DNA of 64,000 nucleotides from Cyanobacteria bacterium P01_A01_bin.123 (GTDB lineage Bacteria > Cyanobacteriota > Cyanobacteriia > Phormidesmidales > Phormidesmidaceae): NCBI GenBank assembly GCA_039815185.1, contig JBCBZT010000009.1, positions 64,001 through 128,000 of the forward strand, in the 5' to 3' direction. The first letter of the stretch is position 1, and each line of letters starts with the position of its first letter. The translations under genes and the position numbers were made by a program. Below the pieces are notes generated by a model. That model saw only the letters and a list, made by a program, of their open reading frames with translations, ran no database searches and was not told the DNA's origin. Below are positions 1 through 9,733 of this stretch, piece after piece.

Positions 1-752
1 GTAACGCCGCCCCCTTCCATACCTTCGGGAAATCGCCAACCCAGACCCAAAATCAGCACAACCAGGGCGGCGGCACCAATCCCGCCTATGATGTAGAGCT
101 GGTTTTGACCCGGTTCGCCCCGTTCAACCATGGCCTTGGTACGATTACGCCAGACAAAAAATGCTGCGATCGCAGCCACAACTATCAGCCCGAGGCCAAT
201 CCAAGCCCGGGGCGTATTTTCAGGCCAAAACAGGTAGATGCCACGGTTATTCAGGAAGGCTAACCTGCCAATGCCAATTTGCTCTGCTGGCTGGGGCAAA
301 CCGCCATAGACCGCAAAGTACCAAAAAAAGAGTTGCAACAATAGGGGAACGTTGCGCACTAACCCGACATAGGCGCGGCTAATTTTGTACACCAACCAGT
401 TTTGAGAAAAACTAGCAACGCCAGCGGTTGTTCCTAGCAAGCTCGCCAGGACAATCCCTGCGGCTACTAACACTAGCGTATTGACTAAGCCCACAAATAG
501 CGCTTTGGCATAGGCATCTTGCGGCTGATAATCAACTGCACTTTCGCCAATGCTGAAGCCCGCTTGATTGCTCAGAAAAGCGAAACCGAAGTCAATGCCC
601 TGACTGGCTAAATTACTGCTGAGGTTGCCGATTAAAAAAGCAAACAATCCCACAACAATGGCGACAACAATCACCTGAAAGGCAATCTTCCAAAACCGCT
701 CATCGCGCAGGAGTTTCCCTAAACTAAATCCGTTGCTGCTACTACTTACCAT
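1..752 (-). CDS. natG: Amino-acid ABC transporter permease (NatG/AapQ-like); runs off the window start
   Basis: Not in the ORF track. Minus-strand reading from ATG at 752 gives MVSSSNGFSLGKLLRDERFWKIAFQ...FGFAFLSNQAGFSIGES...ALFVGLVNTL..., a hydrophobic permease. It lies downstream of the binding-protein gene. Confidence 0.8.
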   Translation of the reverse strand, partial: MVSSSSNGFSLGKLLRDERFWKIAFQVIVVAIVVGLFAFLIGNLSSNLASQGIDFGFAFLSNQAGFSIGESAVDYQPQDAYAKALFVGLVNTLVLVAAGIVLASLLGTTAGVASFSQNWLVYKISRAYVGLVRNVPLLLQLFFWYFAVYGGLPQPAEQIGIGRLAFLNNRGIYLFWPENTPRAWIGLGLIVVAAIAAFFVWRNRTKAMVERGEPGQNQLYIIGGIGAAALVVLILGLGWRFPEGMEGGGV

Positions 753-896
753 AAATCAGTCCTGAAGCCATGTTTGAAGCCACTTTATACAACGGCTGTC
801 CGTAAATATAACCAAAAGTGTGGAGTTACTTTAAGTCCAGTGGCTCAATATTTGATAGAACAATAAGCTAAAACCGTACCTTGGAAAAGTTTCACC

Positions 897-912
897 TGTT
901 ACAAGCGTTACA
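897..912 (-). promoter_or_regulatory. NtcA-like site
   Basis: Minus strand TGTAACGCTTGTAACA = GTA-N8-AAC with TG/CA flanks, upstream of the permease. Confidence 0.4.
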
Positions 913-952
913 TCTTCTCAGAGAATAGTTCACAAGTGTACGCAGCTATAGC

Positions 953-988
953 AAAACGGAGCAGAGAAAACTAACTCTACCCCGCTTT
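953..988 (-). terminator. Intrinsic terminator after natF
   Basis: Minus strand GCGGGGTAGAG...CTCTGCTCCGT stem followed by a T-run. Confidence 0.55.
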
Positions 989-1053
989 GTGGTGAACCTA
1001 TTGCCTACGAATTGTTCGATTTGACTCCGAGCAATCCTTGGCTAGACCAGGAT

Positions 1054-2139
1054 TTAGCGGAAAGGAGGCGCATAGAGCAAACCACCTTCGGTCCAAAGCG
1101 CATTTTGCCCGCGCTCTAGGTTGAATTCAGAGTCGGCGCCCAAGTTAGCATCAAAGATTTCGCCGTAATTGCCAACGTGGGTAATTACCCGGGCCATGAA
1201 GTCATTGGGCAAGCCCATGTCAGACCCCAGCGTGCCTTCTTCACCCAGGAAACGAGCGATGTTTGGATCGTCGCCGCCCTGAAACTCGGCAAGATTTTCA
1301 GAGGTGATGCCAAACTCTTCGGCTTGAATCAAGCCGTAGGTCACCCACTTAACCGTGTCAAACCAGGCAGAGTCGTTGTTAACCGTCACTGGGCCTAGGG
1401 GTTCCTTCGACATGGTGACCTCTAATAACACATGAGCATCAGGCTCAGGTAGAGTACTCCGACGGGCAATGAGCTGAGATTTGTCGGAGGTCATGCCTTC
1501 GCAACGACCTTCGTCGTAGGCTGCATAGGCCGCATCTGCATCCTGGAAGACCACAGGTTCAAACTCAACACCAAGCTTGCGCATTTGGTCAGTGAGGTTG
1601 AGCTCGGTGGTGGTACCAGTTTCAACACAAACCGCTCTGCCTGCAAAGTCTTCAAGTGTTTCGATGCCAGCATCTGTACGCACCAGCATGCCCTGACCAT
1701 CAAAGAAGGTAGTCGGTGCAAATTCTAGCCCTACCGACGTATCTCGGCTGACCGTCCAAGTGGTGTTACGGGACAGCATGTCCACTTCTCCACCGGAAAG
1801 AGCCGTGAAACGCTCGGTCGAATCAAGCCGACGGTATTCAACCGCCTCTGGATCGTCAAACAACGCAGCAGCGACAGCACGGCAGACATCTACGTCGATC
1901 CCAGAGTAAGCACCGCTCTCATCCACAAAACTAAAGCCAGGGATGCCACCATCAACACCACAAACCAGCTGGCCCCGATCTAAGACCGTTTGTAAAATGC
2001 TGCCGCCAGAACCTGAAGCGGCAGTTTCACCCCCATCAGTAGCACCATCATCAGACCCTGTCGTTGCCGGCTGGCCACAGGCTGTCAGGGGGACAGCGAT
2101 CGCGATCGCTGCCGCTAAATAAAGACCCCATTTACGCAT
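1054..2139 (-). CDS. natF: Amino-acid ABC transporter substrate-binding lipoprotein (NatF/AapJ family)
   Basis: Lipobox LTAC; motifs RGQLVCGV, ERFTAL, SRNTTWT, SKEPLGP and C-terminal GGLLYAPPFR. Confidence 0.9.
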   Translation of the reverse strand: MRKWGLYLAAAIAIAVPLTACGQPATTGSDDGATDGGETAASGSGGSILQTVLDRGQLVCGVDGGIPGFSFVDESGAYSGIDVDVCRAVAAALFDDPEAVEYRRLDSTERFTALSGGEVDMLSRNTTWTVSRDTSVGLEFAPTTFFDGQGMLVRTDAGIETLEDFAGRAVCVETGTTTELNLTDQMRKLGVEFEPVVFQDADAAYAAYDEGRCEGMTSDKSQLIARRSTLPEPDAHVLLEVTMSKEPLGPVTVNNDSAWFDTVKWVTYGLIQAEEFGITSENLAEFQGGDDPNIARFLGEEGTLGSDMGLPNDFMARVITHVGNYGEIFDANLGADSEFNLERGQNALWTEGGLLYAPPFR

Positions 2140-2321
2140 AGTCAAACCTCACGGTTACACACACAGTTCAACAAGAAGACACACTACTACAACTAGATGT
2201 TAAAGCGTTATCTTGCTTAACATTCCAATGCATTGGGTTTTATTTTTGCATTAAACAATACAATTTTGCGGAAGGTGACGGAGTTCGTTACGGTTTGTAC
2301 GGATAATTTAATCGCAATGAT

Positions 2322-3605
2322 ATGAAGATTTTGTGCATCAGCAATGGCCACGGTGAAGATATCATTGCGCTACAAATCCTGAAATCGCTACAGAAAGCTG
2401 ATCCCACAGTAGCCATCAGTGCGCTGTCAATTGTGGGTGAAGGCCATGCCTATCGACAGGTCAATATTCCCGTAGTCGGCCCCACCAAAACCTTGGCTTC
2501 TGGCGGCTTTCTCTATATGGATAGTCAGCAGTTAGTCCGAGATATCAAAAGTGGACTGATTTCTCTCACGCTGGGACAACTGCGGGCGATTAAACGCTGG
2601 GTTACGACTGAGGCAGGCTGTATTCTAGCGGTCGGTGACATCGTCCCTTTGTTATTGGCTTGGTGGAGTGGAGCACCCTATGCCTTTATCGGGACGGCTA
2701 AATCTGAATACCATTTGCGCGATGAACAGGGCCCCTTGCAGCGAGAAAACTGGTGGGATCAGCAAGAAAGTGCCGCCGCCTCTGTTTATTTTCCCTGGGA
2801 ACGCTGGCTGATGGCCCGACGACGTTGTCGAGCAGTTTTCCCACGCGATCGCATCACGACTGAGCGGCTATTGCGCTGGCCGATCCAAGCCTTTGACTTG
2901 GGCAACCCAATGATGGATGATTTGATGCCGACTCCAGCTTGCCTGGCAGCCAAAGCGACTCATCTTGAAACATCAGGCCGATCACACAAACCGCTAACGG
3001 TAACCCTATTGCCGGGTTCTCGTCCCCCAGAAGTCTATAAAAACTGGCAAATTATCCTCACGGCCTGCACCTGTTTGGTCGATGCAGACGCGACGCAACC
3101 CTTACGGTTTCTTGCTGCGATCACGCCTAGCTTAGACCTAAGAGCGTTTGAGTCATGCCTTGCCCAGGCTGGGTGGCAGCCTGCAAATACGCCGCTACCG
3201 GTTCTCCACGAGGGTGAAACCTACGTTACCTACACCCGAGAAGCAGCCGTACTAGCGCTAATTTCCGATGCCTATGCCGACTGTTTGCACCAAGCCAATT
3301 TGGGAATTGCTATGGCAGGCACTGCCACAGAACAATTGGTGGGCTTGGGCAAACCTGTGATTACGCTTCCCGGTCAAGGTCCCCAGTTTACCCCCACCTT
3401 TGCCCAAGCCCAGTCTCGTTTGTTGGGGTGCTCAATCGTTCATGTTGAAGATGCCAAAATGCTCCCTGGTGTAGTTAAAGACTTGATGGGCGATCGCGAA
3501 CGGCTCGACCAAATTCAGGCCAATGGCCTCAAGCGGATGGGGCGTCCAGGGGCGGCTAGGCGAATTGCAGATCGGTTGCTGGAGGTCTTTGAGGATGAGC
3601 AATAG
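2322..3605 (+). CDS. Lipid-A-disaccharide synthase-related glycosyltransferase (cyanobacterial)
   Basis: Motifs SNGHGED, LGNPMMD, LLPGSR, AMAGTATEQ, GPQFT. Confidence 0.8.
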   Translation: MKILCISNGHGEDIIALQILKSLQKADPTVAISALSIVGEGHAYRQVNIPVVGPTKTLASGGFLYMDSQQLVRDIKSGLISLTLGQLRAIKRWVTTEAGCILAVGDIVPLLLAWWSGAPYAFIGTAKSEYHLRDEQGPLQRENWWDQQESAAASVYFPWERWLMARRRCRAVFPRDRITTERLLRWPIQAFDLGNPMMDDLMPTPACLAAKATHLETSGRSHKPLTVTLLPGSRPPEVYKNWQIILTACTCLVDADATQPLRFLAAITPSLDLRAFESCLAQAGWQPANTPLPVLHEGETYVTYTREAAVLALISDAYADCLHQANLGIAMAGTATEQLVGLGKPVITLPGQGPQFTPTFAQAQSRLLGCSIVHVEDAKMLPGVVKDLMGDRERLDQIQANGLKRMGRPGAARRIADRLLEVFEDEQ

Positions 3606-3694
3606 GGGGTAGAGCTTTACGATTCTCGAAGCGTTGGCGTGGATGGAGAGCTTTCCGAATCAGTCAAGGATGAGACAATACACTGCCCAACCGC

Positions 3695-4936
3695 TTAAAA
3701 CACCGTGCCATCGCTTTCGATTTGAATGGGGGGTAAGCCGTTCCTTAACTGCTGGGCCAGTTGGCGTCCAGCACTCCAGGTGCCCCCTTGCAGGACTTTC
3801 ACCAGGGGCAACTCAGCGGGGCTGAGGTTGAGCGTTTGGCGTAGGGTGTCGGCAATTTGGTCAAGCAACACCAGGGTCAGTGCCCGCCACTCGACGATCA
3901 CTGGGGATTCGGGGCGATGGGATTGGGTCGTGATATTGGGCTGCTTAGGTTGGAGCAACCCGATGTCGAGGCAAAGGCCACCGTTACGATATTCAGCCAG
4001 GCCCGTGAGTTGATCTAAGTCGGTCAGCGTTAGCCCCAGATCTTGAAGCGGTTCTAGCAGTGAATAGGTCAACCATTGGGACAGCTTGTGGAACGGCACC
4101 AGTTGGCTGCCTAACCCCGTATCGGGGAGTTGGGGGTGGGGCCAAACGTCGCCCAGGTTGACGCCTGCGATCGCGATTCGACCGGGCCAAATCGACCCCA
4201 ACCCTTTCAAGACAGCTTGCAATACCGTGACGGCAGAGAGTTCCCCCCCAACGGCTTGAGCCCTGAGGTAGTCCACCAAATACCCCGGACGCGGGGTCGC
4301 CTGCCCAAAATAGGATGGCTGAGCGGCTAACGCCTGACCCAGCTTTTGCAGCAGTTCAACTCGCCCTGCTAGCCCCACCAGCGGATTATCGGCACTGACC
4401 TGAAAGCCTGCGGCGAGGCGTTTTGCTGTCAGTGCCGTCAAGCCCTCAGCATCCGCCTGCCAAGGATTTTGTGGATTGCTGGAAAATAGCCCCTGCTTGA
4501 AGCTATGAAAGCTGGCGATCGCGAGGCCTTCTGAACGCGTAAACACTTTCCCGGTGTTGGGTTCGACATAGTGCCAAGCAGCCCCTGCCCCAGCATCTAG
4601 CAGCACACTGGTAATCGCCAAATCAAACTTCATTCGGGCCAAGTCCAGATCGGACCAGCCTGCAAAAGAGGTCGCAACCCGCTCCAATTGTGACTGCCCC
4701 TCGACTTCAAAATGTCGCCAACGGGAGTGAAATGGCACGTCCAAATTGGGATAGGCCGATTGAATCACCTGCAATACAAAATCAGCAGCGGGTTCCAGTT
4801 GCTCAAGATCGACTCGAAAGTGAACGAGTTTATCGGCACAACCCAACTCAAATAGATGGGTGGCGCGATCGCGGATAGCTTGGGGACTTTGGAGATACGC
4901 GATCGCGTCTCGTTCACTGTTGCTAGGGTTCCACAT
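3695..4936 (-). CDS. URC4/Urg3 family protein (DUF1688)
   Basis: Motifs PFHSRWRHF, LLDAGAG, RSEGLA, PFHKLSQWLTYSL, EYRNGGL, SDGTVF. Start placed at the ATG of MWNPS. Confidence 0.88.
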   Translation of the reverse strand: MWNPSNSERDAIAYLQSPQAIRDRATHLFELGCADKLVHFRVDLEQLEPAADFVLQVIQSAYPNLDVPFHSRWRHFEVEGQSQLERVATSFAGWSDLDLARMKFDLAITSVLLDAGAGAAWHYVEPNTGKVFTRSEGLAIASFHSFKQGLFSSNPQNPWQADAEGLTALTAKRLAAGFQVSADNPLVGLAGRVELLQKLGQALAAQPSYFGQATPRPGYLVDYLRAQAVGGELSAVTVLQAVLKGLGSIWPGRIAIAGVNLGDVWPHPQLPDTGLGSQLVPFHKLSQWLTYSLLEPLQDLGLTLTDLDQLTGLAEYRNGGLCLDIGLLQPKQPNITTQSHRPESPVIVEWRALTLVLLDQIADTLRQTLNLSPAELPLVKVLQGGTWSAGRQLAQQLRNGLPPIQIESDGTVF

Positions 4937-5067
4937 ACTCCACCTGAGGCGCGGTTCTAGTCTACCGGCAATTTTGAGCCCCAAAACCGCGATCGCTGAT
5001 ATTTCTTTGTACCAGCAAATTCTCAAGATATTGCGTAAGATCTTACTTTCCGCCAAAAAGGGTGATC

Positions 5068-6396
5068 ATGACTGAACCGACGATTGCTGACTCCCCCACT
5101 CCCCCCCTTGCCCCTTCCCCCGCTTCCCCCCCGGAGCGGGCCCCATCGCCCCCCCGCACCCGCCACATCATTCTCACCTCCCACCCCAGTAACTTTGGTT
5201 CTAAAGCCTTGCCGATTCAGTGGGGTGCTGCCGATCCCTTGGTGCGGGGCCCCATTGTCGCCACAGTCAGCGATCCAGATCATCGCAACGTGATTGGTAC
5301 CCACTCTGGTTCTTACGCGGTGTATCGTGCCTTAGCCGTGGCCAGCGGTGCCCTGCAAGCTGATCATCGCCCGGATTTGACCAATACCTCCCCAGTCAAC
5401 GCCATCGGCCCCCATCCCAGTTGGGGCGACGGCAGCAAAATCGTTTCCTTTGATCCTTTTGGGGCCATCGTCGGAGATATCTATCAACCGTTGATCCAGC
5501 AGGGCTACGACATTCGTCCCACAATTGCCATCACCAAAGCCCATATTCAAATGCCCGAACTGCAAGAGGCAGTCGCCAAAGGACGGATCCAAGAAGATGG
5601 CACGCTGATGAAACCGGGGGGCGATTTGGTGGTGACTAAGGCCGCTATCGAACCTGCCTGGCACCTGCCGGGCATTGCCCAGCGGTTGGGTATTGACGAA
5701 GGGGAGTTGCGCTACGCTTTGTTCGAACAAACGGGGGGGATGTTTCCAGAACTGATCACCCGCCACGATTTGCAAGTATTCATGCCACCCATCGGCAGCA
5801 TCACGGCTTATCTGGTGGGTGATTTGGCTGCCATTACTGATCCGCATCGCCCGCTGGCCGTGCGAGTCCACGATGAGTGTAATGGATCAGACGTGTTTGG
5901 GTCAGATATTTGCACCTGCCGTCCCTACCTCGTTCATGGCATCGAAGCCTGTATTCAAACCGCCCAGCAAGGCGGGGCCGGGGTGATAGTCTACTTCCGC
6001 AAAGAGGGTCGGGCCTTGGGTGAAGTCACCAAATTTTTAGTCTACAATGCTCGAAAACGCCAGGAAGGCGGCGATCGCGCCGATGCCTACTTTGCCCGCA
6101 CCGAATGCGTGGCCGGGGTGCAAGATATGCGGTTCCAAGAAATGATGCCTGACGTCCTGCACTGGTTAGGCATTACGCGCATCGATCGATTTGTCTCCAT
6201 GAGCGATATGAAGTACAACGCCATCGTCAACTCCGGTATTGAAATTGTAGAGCGGGTGCCGATTCCCAACGAACTCGTGCCCGCCGATGCCCAAGTGGAA
6301 ATTGAAGCGAAAAAAGCGGCAGGCTATTACAGCGGCGATCGCGTCGCGATGTCCAACGCCGACTTGAAGCAGGTGCAGGGAAGGGGGTTGGACTAA
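5068..6396 (+). CDS. URC1-type GTP cyclohydrolase II family protein
   Basis: N-terminal RNVIGTHSGSY domain plus RVHDECNGSDVFGSDICTCRPYL and RKEGRALGEVTK. Confidence 0.88.
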   Translation: MTEPTIADSPTPPLAPSPASPPERAPSPPRTRHIILTSHPSNFGSKALPIQWGAADPLVRGPIVATVSDPDHRNVIGTHSGSYAVYRALAVASGALQADHRPDLTNTSPVNAIGPHPSWGDGSKIVSFDPFGAIVGDIYQPLIQQGYDIRPTIAITKAHIQMPELQEAVAKGRIQEDGTLMKPGGDLVVTKAAIEPAWHLPGIAQRLGIDEGELRYALFEQTGGMFPELITRHDLQVFMPPIGSITAYLVGDLAAITDPHRPLAVRVHDECNGSDVFGSDICTCRPYLVHGIEACIQTAQQGGAGVIVYFRKEGRALGEVTKFLVYNARKRQEGGDRADAYFARTECVAGVQDMRFQEMMPDVLHWLGITRIDRFVSMSDMKYNAIVNSGIEIVERVPIPNELVPADAQVEIEAKKAAGYYSGDRVAMSNADLKQVQGRGLD

Positions 6397-7205
6397 TGGC
6401 GTCAAATTTTTCAGGTCAAAGACCCCCGGGGCAACCCCGGAAACGCTCAACCCCGTATATCCCCTGGCGCGACGTGCTGGACTGGCTAGCCCTACTCGCC
6501 TGGGGCACAGTACTGCTCAAGTATTGGCTGACGGGCAAGATTTTTGTGCTGCTCCACCCCGATTACATGTGGCTGTCAAACTCGGCAGGCTTTGCCCTGT
6601 TGTTTATGGCGGCTATCAAGGGCGGACAGTTGATTCGCAAAATACGCTCCCCCCACCGCCTTACTGCCCCACCACCTCACTTTTCCCTACTGCCAAACGG
6701 TATCGGTAGCGCCTTGCTCCTTGCCGTCGCCGTATTTGGCCTGATCTATACCCCCCGCGCCTTTGCCAGCGATACGGCCCTGCAGCGGGGCATCACCGAT
6801 ACGCTGAATATGACGCGATCGCGCCCCCAAGAATTTCGCTTGGGCAACACGCCTGAAGACCGCACGATTATCGACTGGGTACGGACGCTGAATGTGTATC
6901 CCGAACCCGACGCCTACACGGGTCAAACAGCTACGGTAACCGGGTTTGTGATTCATCCCCCCGGTTGGCCCGAGGACTACCTGATGATTTCTCGATTTGT
7001 GCTCACCTGCTGTGCAGCAGATGCTTACCCGGTGGGGTTGCCCGTCAAGGTAGCGGCGGGCGATCGCGCTGACTATCCCCCCGACACCTGGCTCGATATC
7101 GAAGGAACCATGGTTACCGATACCCTAGACGATCGTCGGCAACTGGTGATTGAACCCACCACCCTGACCGCCGTGCCCGAACCCCGCAATCCCTATGAGT
7201 ACTAG
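6396..7205 (+). CDS. TIGR03943/DUF1980 family membrane protein (putative permease subunit)
   Basis: N-terminal TM helices and SRFVLTCCAADA motif. Confidence 0.8.
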   Translation: MASNFSGQRPPGQPRKRSTPYIPWRDVLDWLALLAWGTVLLKYWLTGKIFVLLHPDYMWLSNSAGFALLFMAAIKGGQLIRKIRSPHRLTAPPPHFSLLPNGIGSALLLAVAVFGLIYTPRAFASDTALQRGITDTLNMTRSRPQEFRLGNTPEDRTIIDWVRTLNVYPEPDAYTGQTATVTGFVIHPPGWPEDYLMISRFVLTCCAADAYPVGLPVKVAAGDRADYPPDTWLDIEGTMVTDTLDDRRQLVIEPTTLTAVPEPRNPYEY

Positions 7206-8772
7206 CTTGAAACGACCCCGAAAATTTTGGGCCACGCAGCCAATTGATAAAGTCGCGATCGCCTTGATGGCGGTTTTGACCGTGATCGTGGTGGTGCTAA
7301 TTGCCTTAGGGGGCTATGCGGCAGCGCGGGTGCGCGAATTTAGCTGGCACGAACGCCAGGTAGGAGCAGAAGACACGGCTTTTTTGTTTACCTTCAGCCG
7401 TCCGATGGATCACGTCAGTGTTGAAACCAACCTCAAAGTCAACCCCCCCTTGCAAGGCAAGTTTAGCTGGGCCGGACGCCGCATGGCCTTTACCCTAGAC
7501 GCCCCTGCCCCCTACGGTGAGTTTTATCAGGTGAGTTTGGAGACTGCACGGGATAGATACAGCGCTCAGAATCAGGGCGGTGTTCGCTTTGCCAGTTTTA
7601 AGAGCCAGTTTCAGTCCCGCGATCGCGCCCTGGTCTACATCGGTGTGGACGGTGAAGAACAGGGTCGGCTAGTCCTCTTCAATCTGACCCAACAGGACAA
7701 AGTCATCCTCACCCCGCCAGATTTAGTGGTGCTTGATTTTAAGCCTTATCCCGCAGGCGATCGCGTTTTGTTCACTGGCATTGATGCCCAATCCTATCAG
7801 CAGGGCACCCTCCAACAAGCACTTTACAGCGTCACCACTGGGATTACCGCCAACTCGCCAAAAGCACCCGGAAGTCGGACCGGACTCTTTGACTTTAACC
7901 GTGAAGCTACCGCCGCCAAACCTGCGGGAGAGATTGAGCTAATTCTTGACAGCGACCCCTACCAGAACTTCAAGTTTGATCTTTCTGCCGATGGCGAGGT
8001 GATTATCGTGCAGCGGGTTAACACCGACGACCCCACCGATTTTGGCCCCTGGATCATCCACAATGGCAACGCCGCCCCGCTCAACACCGAACCTGGTGGC
8101 GACTTCGCGATCGCTCCCGATAGCCGCACCTTAGTGATGCTGCAAGGGCAAGGCACAGCCATTATTCCCCTCCCCCTTGACGATGACGCTCCCCCATCAA
8201 ACGAACCCCTAGACTTTTTACCCAACTATGGCCGGGTGCTTGATATCAGCGCCGACGGCAGCGCTGCGGCCATGGTCAACTTCAACCAAAACAACCCCGA
8301 CGAACGCTACACCGAATCCCTATTTTTAGTGACCAACCAGGGGGAAGAAAAGAACCTGCTGACTGCCACAGGCACCATCCTATCGGCCCAGTTTGATACC
8401 ACCGGACGCAGCCTCTACGTCCTCTCCACCGAACTCCTCGACACCGAAAACTACGTAGAGCAACCCATCCTATCTGCGATCAACCTGGAGCAGGACGTCT
8501 TAAAAGATTTGCTCGCCCTCCCTCCTCAACCCACCATCAACATGAGCCTCGCCCCCGACGGCTTAGCCCTACTGTTTGATCGCATGGTGCCTGCCGATAG
8601 CCCCGACGCGGAGGGACTTCGCAGTGGTGATGGCCGAGTGTTGGAGACCAGCCAAATTTGGTTGCTACCTCTCTATAAAACGCCAGCGGAACGGTTGGCA
8701 GGTTTGCCCACCAGTGAAATTGAGCCGCAAACGTTGCCATTTACAGGGGTGCAGCCCACTTGGTTGCCGTAG
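7195..8772 (+). CDS. Membrane-anchored Ig-like plus TolB-like beta-propeller protein
   Basis: N-terminal TM helix, FSRPMD...PPLQGKFSW Ig-like motif, repeated S/APDG-type propeller turns. Confidence 0.65.
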   Translation: MSTSLKRPRKFWATQPIDKVAIALMAVLTVIVVVLIALGGYAAARVREFSWHERQVGAEDTAFLFTFSRPMDHVSVETNLKVNPPLQGKFSWAGRRMAFTLDAPAPYGEFYQVSLETARDRYSAQNQGGVRFASFKSQFQSRDRALVYIGVDGEEQGRLVLFNLTQQDKVILTPPDLVVLDFKPYPAGDRVLFTGIDAQSYQQGTLQQALYSVTTGITANSPKAPGSRTGLFDFNREATAAKPAGEIELILDSDPYQNFKFDLSADGEVIIVQRVNTDDPTDFGPWIIHNGNAAPLNTEPGGDFAIAPDSRTLVMLQGQGTAIIPLPLDDDAPPSNEPLDFLPNYGRVLDISADGSAAAMVNFNQNNPDERYTESLFLVTNQGEEKNLLTATGTILSAQFDTTGRSLYVLSTELLDTENYVEQPILSAINLEQDVLKDLLALPPQPTINMSLAPDGLALLFDRMVPADSPDAEGLRSGDGRVLETSQIWLLPLYKTPAERLAGLPTSEIEPQTLPFTGVQPTWLP

Positions 8773-8788
8773 ATTAGGATGGGTAGTC

Positions 8789-8821
8789 AGATCCCAGGGT
8801 TTTTCAAAAACCCTGGGATCT
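8789..8821. repeat. REP palindrome copy 1
   Basis: AGATCCCAGGGTTTTT-C-AAAAACCCTGGGATCT, perfect 16-bp arms, with GTAG just upstream. Confidence 0.85.
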
Positions 8822-8900
8822 TGGGCCAGACAAGAAACTGATGCAATAGTAACGTCCAGGGGAATTTTAGATTTGGGGACGCTACGGAATCGAATCATTG

Positions 8901-9473
8901 ATGCCACGTCGGAAGACAACCTTTGAGCCAGGGCGCTACTACCACCTTTACAATCGGGGCAACAATCGCCAAAATATCTTCTTCGAGCGAGACAATTATC
9001 TGTTTTTTCTGCGGCAACTGCGATGTTATTTGGTTGAAGACACGCTTCATGTCATCGCCTATTGCTTGATGCCCAATCATTATCACTTGCTGGTTTATCT
9101 GCGGAAAGAGAACTTGTCTGCGCGGATGGGATTATTGTCGTTGTCTTACACCAAGGCAATGAATCAGCGGCATGAGCGATGTGGAGCATTGTTTCAAGGG
9201 CCATTCCAGGCAATTCAGGTTGATCAGAAAGCATATCTGCTGAATTTATCTCGATACATTCATCTGAATCCAGTTAAGGCTGAGTTGGTAGAACGAGCTG
9301 AGGATTGGGAGTTTTCTAGCTATCCAGACTATGTGGAGTTACGTCGGGGGACTTTGCCCAGGTTTGCTGAGGTGCGTCGGCATGTGGGAACGGCGCAGGA
9401 TTATGAAGCGTTTGTGGGGGCGAGCGATTATCGGCAGCAAACCGCGATGCAACATTTGATGTTTGATGAGTAG
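8901..9473 (+). mobile_element. REP-associated tyrosine transposase (RAYT; Y1/HUH family)
   Basis: YHLYNRGNNR, HUH motif LMPNHYHLL, YIHLNP, WEFSSY; flanked by palindromic repeats. Confidence 0.88.
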
Positions 9474-9485
9474 CTGCGGGGTGTT

Positions 9486-9519
9486 AGATCCCTGGATTTT
9501 TCGGAAAACCCAGGGATCT
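9486..9519. repeat. REP palindrome copy 2 (variant)
   Basis: AGATCCCTGGATTTTTCGGAAAACCCAGGGATCT immediately after the RAYT stop. Confidence 0.8.
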
Positions 9520-9583
9520 TGGTCTAGTCAAAACTTTTGAGGCTGTCTTTGCCCACACCATTTATTGAGTCTTGGTGGGGGAT

Positions 9584-9689
9584 GGATTTCAGATAACTGT
9601 GGGGTGGAAGATCCTGGTTTGGGGGGATTTCAGATAACTGTGAGGTGGGAGATCCCGGTTTGGAGGATTTCAGATAACTGTGAGGTAGC
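9584..9689 (+). repeat. Tandem 40-41 bp repeat built from partial REP arms
   Basis: GGATTTCAGATAACTGTG(A/G)GGT starts at 9584, 9625 and 9665, each followed by AGATCC. Confidence 0.85.
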
Positions 9690-9722
9690 AGATCCCAGGG
9701 TTTTTGGAAAACCCTGGGATCT
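9690..9722. repeat. REP palindrome copy 3
   Basis: AGATCCCAGGGTTTTTGGAAAACCCTGGGATCT, preceded by GTAG. Confidence 0.85.
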
Positions 9723-9733
9723 TGGGCTAACGT

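Noticed and set aside
4937..5304. N-terminal ORF-track extension of URC4 and small overlapping ORFs
   Set aside because: They overlap the divergent promoter region or URC1 and show no family motifs.
9584..9722. Regularly spaced repeats as a CRISPR array
   Set aside because: The intervening sequences resemble each other and the REP arm, so there are no unique spacers; no cas genes are present.
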